Assembly: GCA_028282585.1 (NCBI GenBank)
Contig: JANQHR010000170.1
Location: forward strand, 1 to 18,365
From: Bacteroidales bacterium
Lineage (GTDB): Bacteria; Bacteroidota; Bacteroidia; Bacteroidales; UBA12077
DNA: 18,365 nucleotides
Direction: 5' to 3'
The notes under the pieces are model-generated. The model saw only the letters and a program-made list of their open reading frames with translations. It ran no database searches and had not been told where the DNA came from. Positions 17,601 through 18,365 of this stretch are shown one piece after another; positions within the stretch are counted from its first letter, which is position 1, and every line of letters starts with the position of its first letter. The translations under genes were made by a program, and so were the position numbers.

Positions 17601-17739
17601 TACTGCCTTGCACAACAATTGTAGCACCTGGCAAAGGTTCTCCCGTATCAGCATCTTTAACACTACCTGTAATTTCTATTTGTGCATGTGTTGATGCGGA
17701 GAAGATAATTAACATTAAGAGTAAATAGATTTTTCGCAT
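14608..17739 (-). CDS. susC: SusC/RagA-family TonB-dependent transporter without an STN domain
   Basis: Signal peptide ..THA|Q, GEPLPGATIVV, EVIVTAIGIKREKKSLGYSAQEV, PLFVVDGVP, INPNDIESVTVLKGATATALYG..AANGAIIITTK, YSGIDPE, and a terminal Phe. Confidence 0.96.
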   Translation of the reverse strand: MRKIYLLLMLIIFSASTHAQIEITGSVKDADTGEPLPGATIVVQGSTIGTTTDIDGNYSVFVTSVEDILIYSYVGYIKEEMTVGPQTIINMDLRPDTKSLDEVIVTAIGIKREKKSLGYSAQEVKGDELIATSQPNIVNSLSSKVAGVEITSSSGTPGASSNIVIRGRTSLGRSNSPLFVVDGVPVDNSYDGSYYVDHSNRAIDINPNDIESVTVLKGATATALYGIMAANGAIIITTKSGEGRGTDRKQITFRTSIGFDEVNKLPEKQYRYAQGFYNTSTGAVEYSSTVNTSWGPLIDTLRYDGATDYLLDQNGRIVGMSDPTATSQRVVPYENVNDFFQTAIKSDTYLSMSGGDEKGNFHISTGHVNQSGIVPNSEFKRTTFKINGDMQISEKLKIAGKATYANSDGTFMQKGSNLSAVMVGLMRVTPTFDITNGSGDPVNDESAYMLPDGTQRNYFPNYDNPYWSINKNKAFSTVNRLMGNTQIDYKFTPWLNIMYRLGLDYYTDKRSNYLDNNSSDTPDGYINISTYEFQSTNSDLILTLEKDITDKLNLTALLGNNYVTRNTYYIYQRGDKFVLPNYYDISNTEESAGDDSESQYKRVGAYYDIRLSYNDYLYFNTTYRIDWSSTLPASKNWFDYPSVNLSFIFSEAFRFKERIPFFSFGKLRASVARGGYDADPYSLQNYFQAIDGGIQGQVAYRTRGLIGNNGINPEETISYEAGVELKFFQNRLGVDFAYYHSESDNQIIDANIPSSSGYPQMVLNSGIISNKGFEIQMYATPVETKDFIWDLTVNFSKNKNIVEDLPEEIPLFEFPTTGLSSTRSVAIEGEPFGVIYGGRFLRNENGDVLVDDEGYPLIDTEAGIVGDPNPDFIMGLRNTFSYKGLSLTAVIDIKEGGDVFNGTRGVMTSLGTHKYTENRDEDFIFDGVNVNTGLPNEVPVKRDRSYYSRQGGLAGLSEAYIEDGSYIRLREVSLSYNLPSKWFEKIPVSNLSIGLSGRNLLLFTDYSGIDPETNLSGASNSLGRDYFNMPNTRSYEINLLVNF

Positions 17740-17775
17740 TTTTATAAGATTTCATTAATATTTTTTATACATACT

Positions 17776-17807
17776 ATTAATACAGAAGAAATACAGTAAG
17801 CCCTTAA
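17776..17807 (-). promoter_or_regulatory. Putative ECF sigma promoter, copy upstream of the second susC
   Basis: TTAAGGG-N17-GTATTAAT on the minus strand, ending 36 nt before the ATG at 17739. Confidence 0.72.
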
Positions 17808-17950
17808 TGCAAAAACCTATTTTTTATTAACGTTAATTATAGCAAGGAATTAAACAAACCTGTCAAGTATAATTGCTTAAATAAAGCAGTGTTGATTTTA
17901 AGTTATCAGTATTTAAAAGTCAAGATTTATTAACTTTTTATTAAAAAGAA

Positions 17951-17982
17951 TTAAGGGTAAGATCATTTTATGAGGTAATAAT
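17951..17982 (+). promoter_or_regulatory. Putative ECF sigma promoter, copy upstream of the truncated ORF at 18021
   Basis: TTAAGGG-N17-GTAATAAT, ending 38 nt before the ATG at 18021. Confidence 0.72.
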
Positions 17983-18020
17983 AAGTGTAATAAAATTTAC
18001 TAACTAAAATTTAAACGCTT

Positions 18021-18365
18021 ATGAAATCAAAGATTTTTACCCTGATTTTTATTTGCATGGGACTATTTATCCAAAGTCTAATAGCACAACCTCTTAATTG
18101 GAGGGAATCTTCACCCGAAGGCTGGGATCCAATAATCATGGAAGCAGATTTTGATAATTTTACTGAAGGAACAGCATCATTGAAAATAACTTTTACTGAA
18201 ACAGGAACACCTTATTTTGTAACTGATACTTTTGATGTAACTGCTTCTACAGTTTGTAACTTATCAATGGATGTTTTAGATAATGATCCGGCGGCTGAAG
18301 TTAACCTTCGTATTAGATTTATATTAGATGACGGAACCAAGGTAGACTCAACGTCGAAAGAATAT
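18021..18365 (+). CDS. Secreted protein, 5' part only (runs off the window, absent from the ORF track)
   Basis: Open for 115 codons: MKSKIFTLIFICMGLFIQSLIA|QPLNWRESSPEGWDPIIMEADFDNFTEGTASLKITFTETGTPYFVTDTFDV... It has a Sec signal followed by Gln, then an acidic beta-rich region. Confidence 0.85.
   Translation, partial: MKSKIFTLIFICMGLFIQSLIAQPLNWRESSPEGWDPIIMEADFDNFTEGTASLKITFTETGTPYFVTDTFDVTASTVCNLSMDVLDNDPAAEVNLRIRFILDDGTKVDSTSKEY

Noticed and set aside
1328-17694. Short alternative-frame or antisense ORFs in the track (1328-1522, 2486-2701, 3722-3997, 4286-4477, 4596-4919, 5091-5288, 5298-5654, 5368-5592, 6580-6777, 7677-7979, 8004-8258, 12770-12991, 13105-13338, 14890-15081, 15275-15505, 16710-16955, 17482-17694)
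   Set aside because: All overlap longer ORFs, most of them with clear family motifs, and show no recognisable motifs themselves. 13105-13338 also crosses a terminator. Treated as shadow ORFs.
1-18365. CRISPR array, tRNA/rRNA genes, integrase or reverse transcriptase
   Set aside because: No regularly spaced direct repeats, no cloverleaf or rRNA-like sequence, and no recombinase or RT motifs were seen in any ORF.

Overview
AT-rich Bacteroidota-type chromosomal DNA, judged from SusC/SusD pairs, an ECF/FecR pair and signal peptides followed by Gln. It has two parts. (1) About 100-2110 looks like a single integron-type gene cassette on the minus strand. It has an attC-like site at 101-233, three orphan ORFs, an attI-like or target core at 2052-2070, and non-coding ends that are complementary to each other in several colinear blocks. 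No integrase is present in the window. (2) After two VOC-family genes, 3562-18365 is a nutrient-uptake locus built like a polysaccharide utilisation locus (PUL) but with no recognisable glycoside hydrolase. It encodes a lipoprotein cyanophycinase, an isoaspartyl dipeptidase (IadA), an ECF sigma factor, a FecR anti-sigma, a transducer SusC with SusD and a PKD/YWTD-propeller lipoprotein, a second convergent SusC/SusD pair, and the start of a secreted protein. One motif, TWAAGGG-N17/18-GTAWTAWT, lies upstream of five of these transcription units, which suggests a single ECF regulon. The inferred function is a 'cyanophycin (beta-Asp-Arg polymer) utilisation locus'. All calls come from reading motifs by eye; no database search was run.
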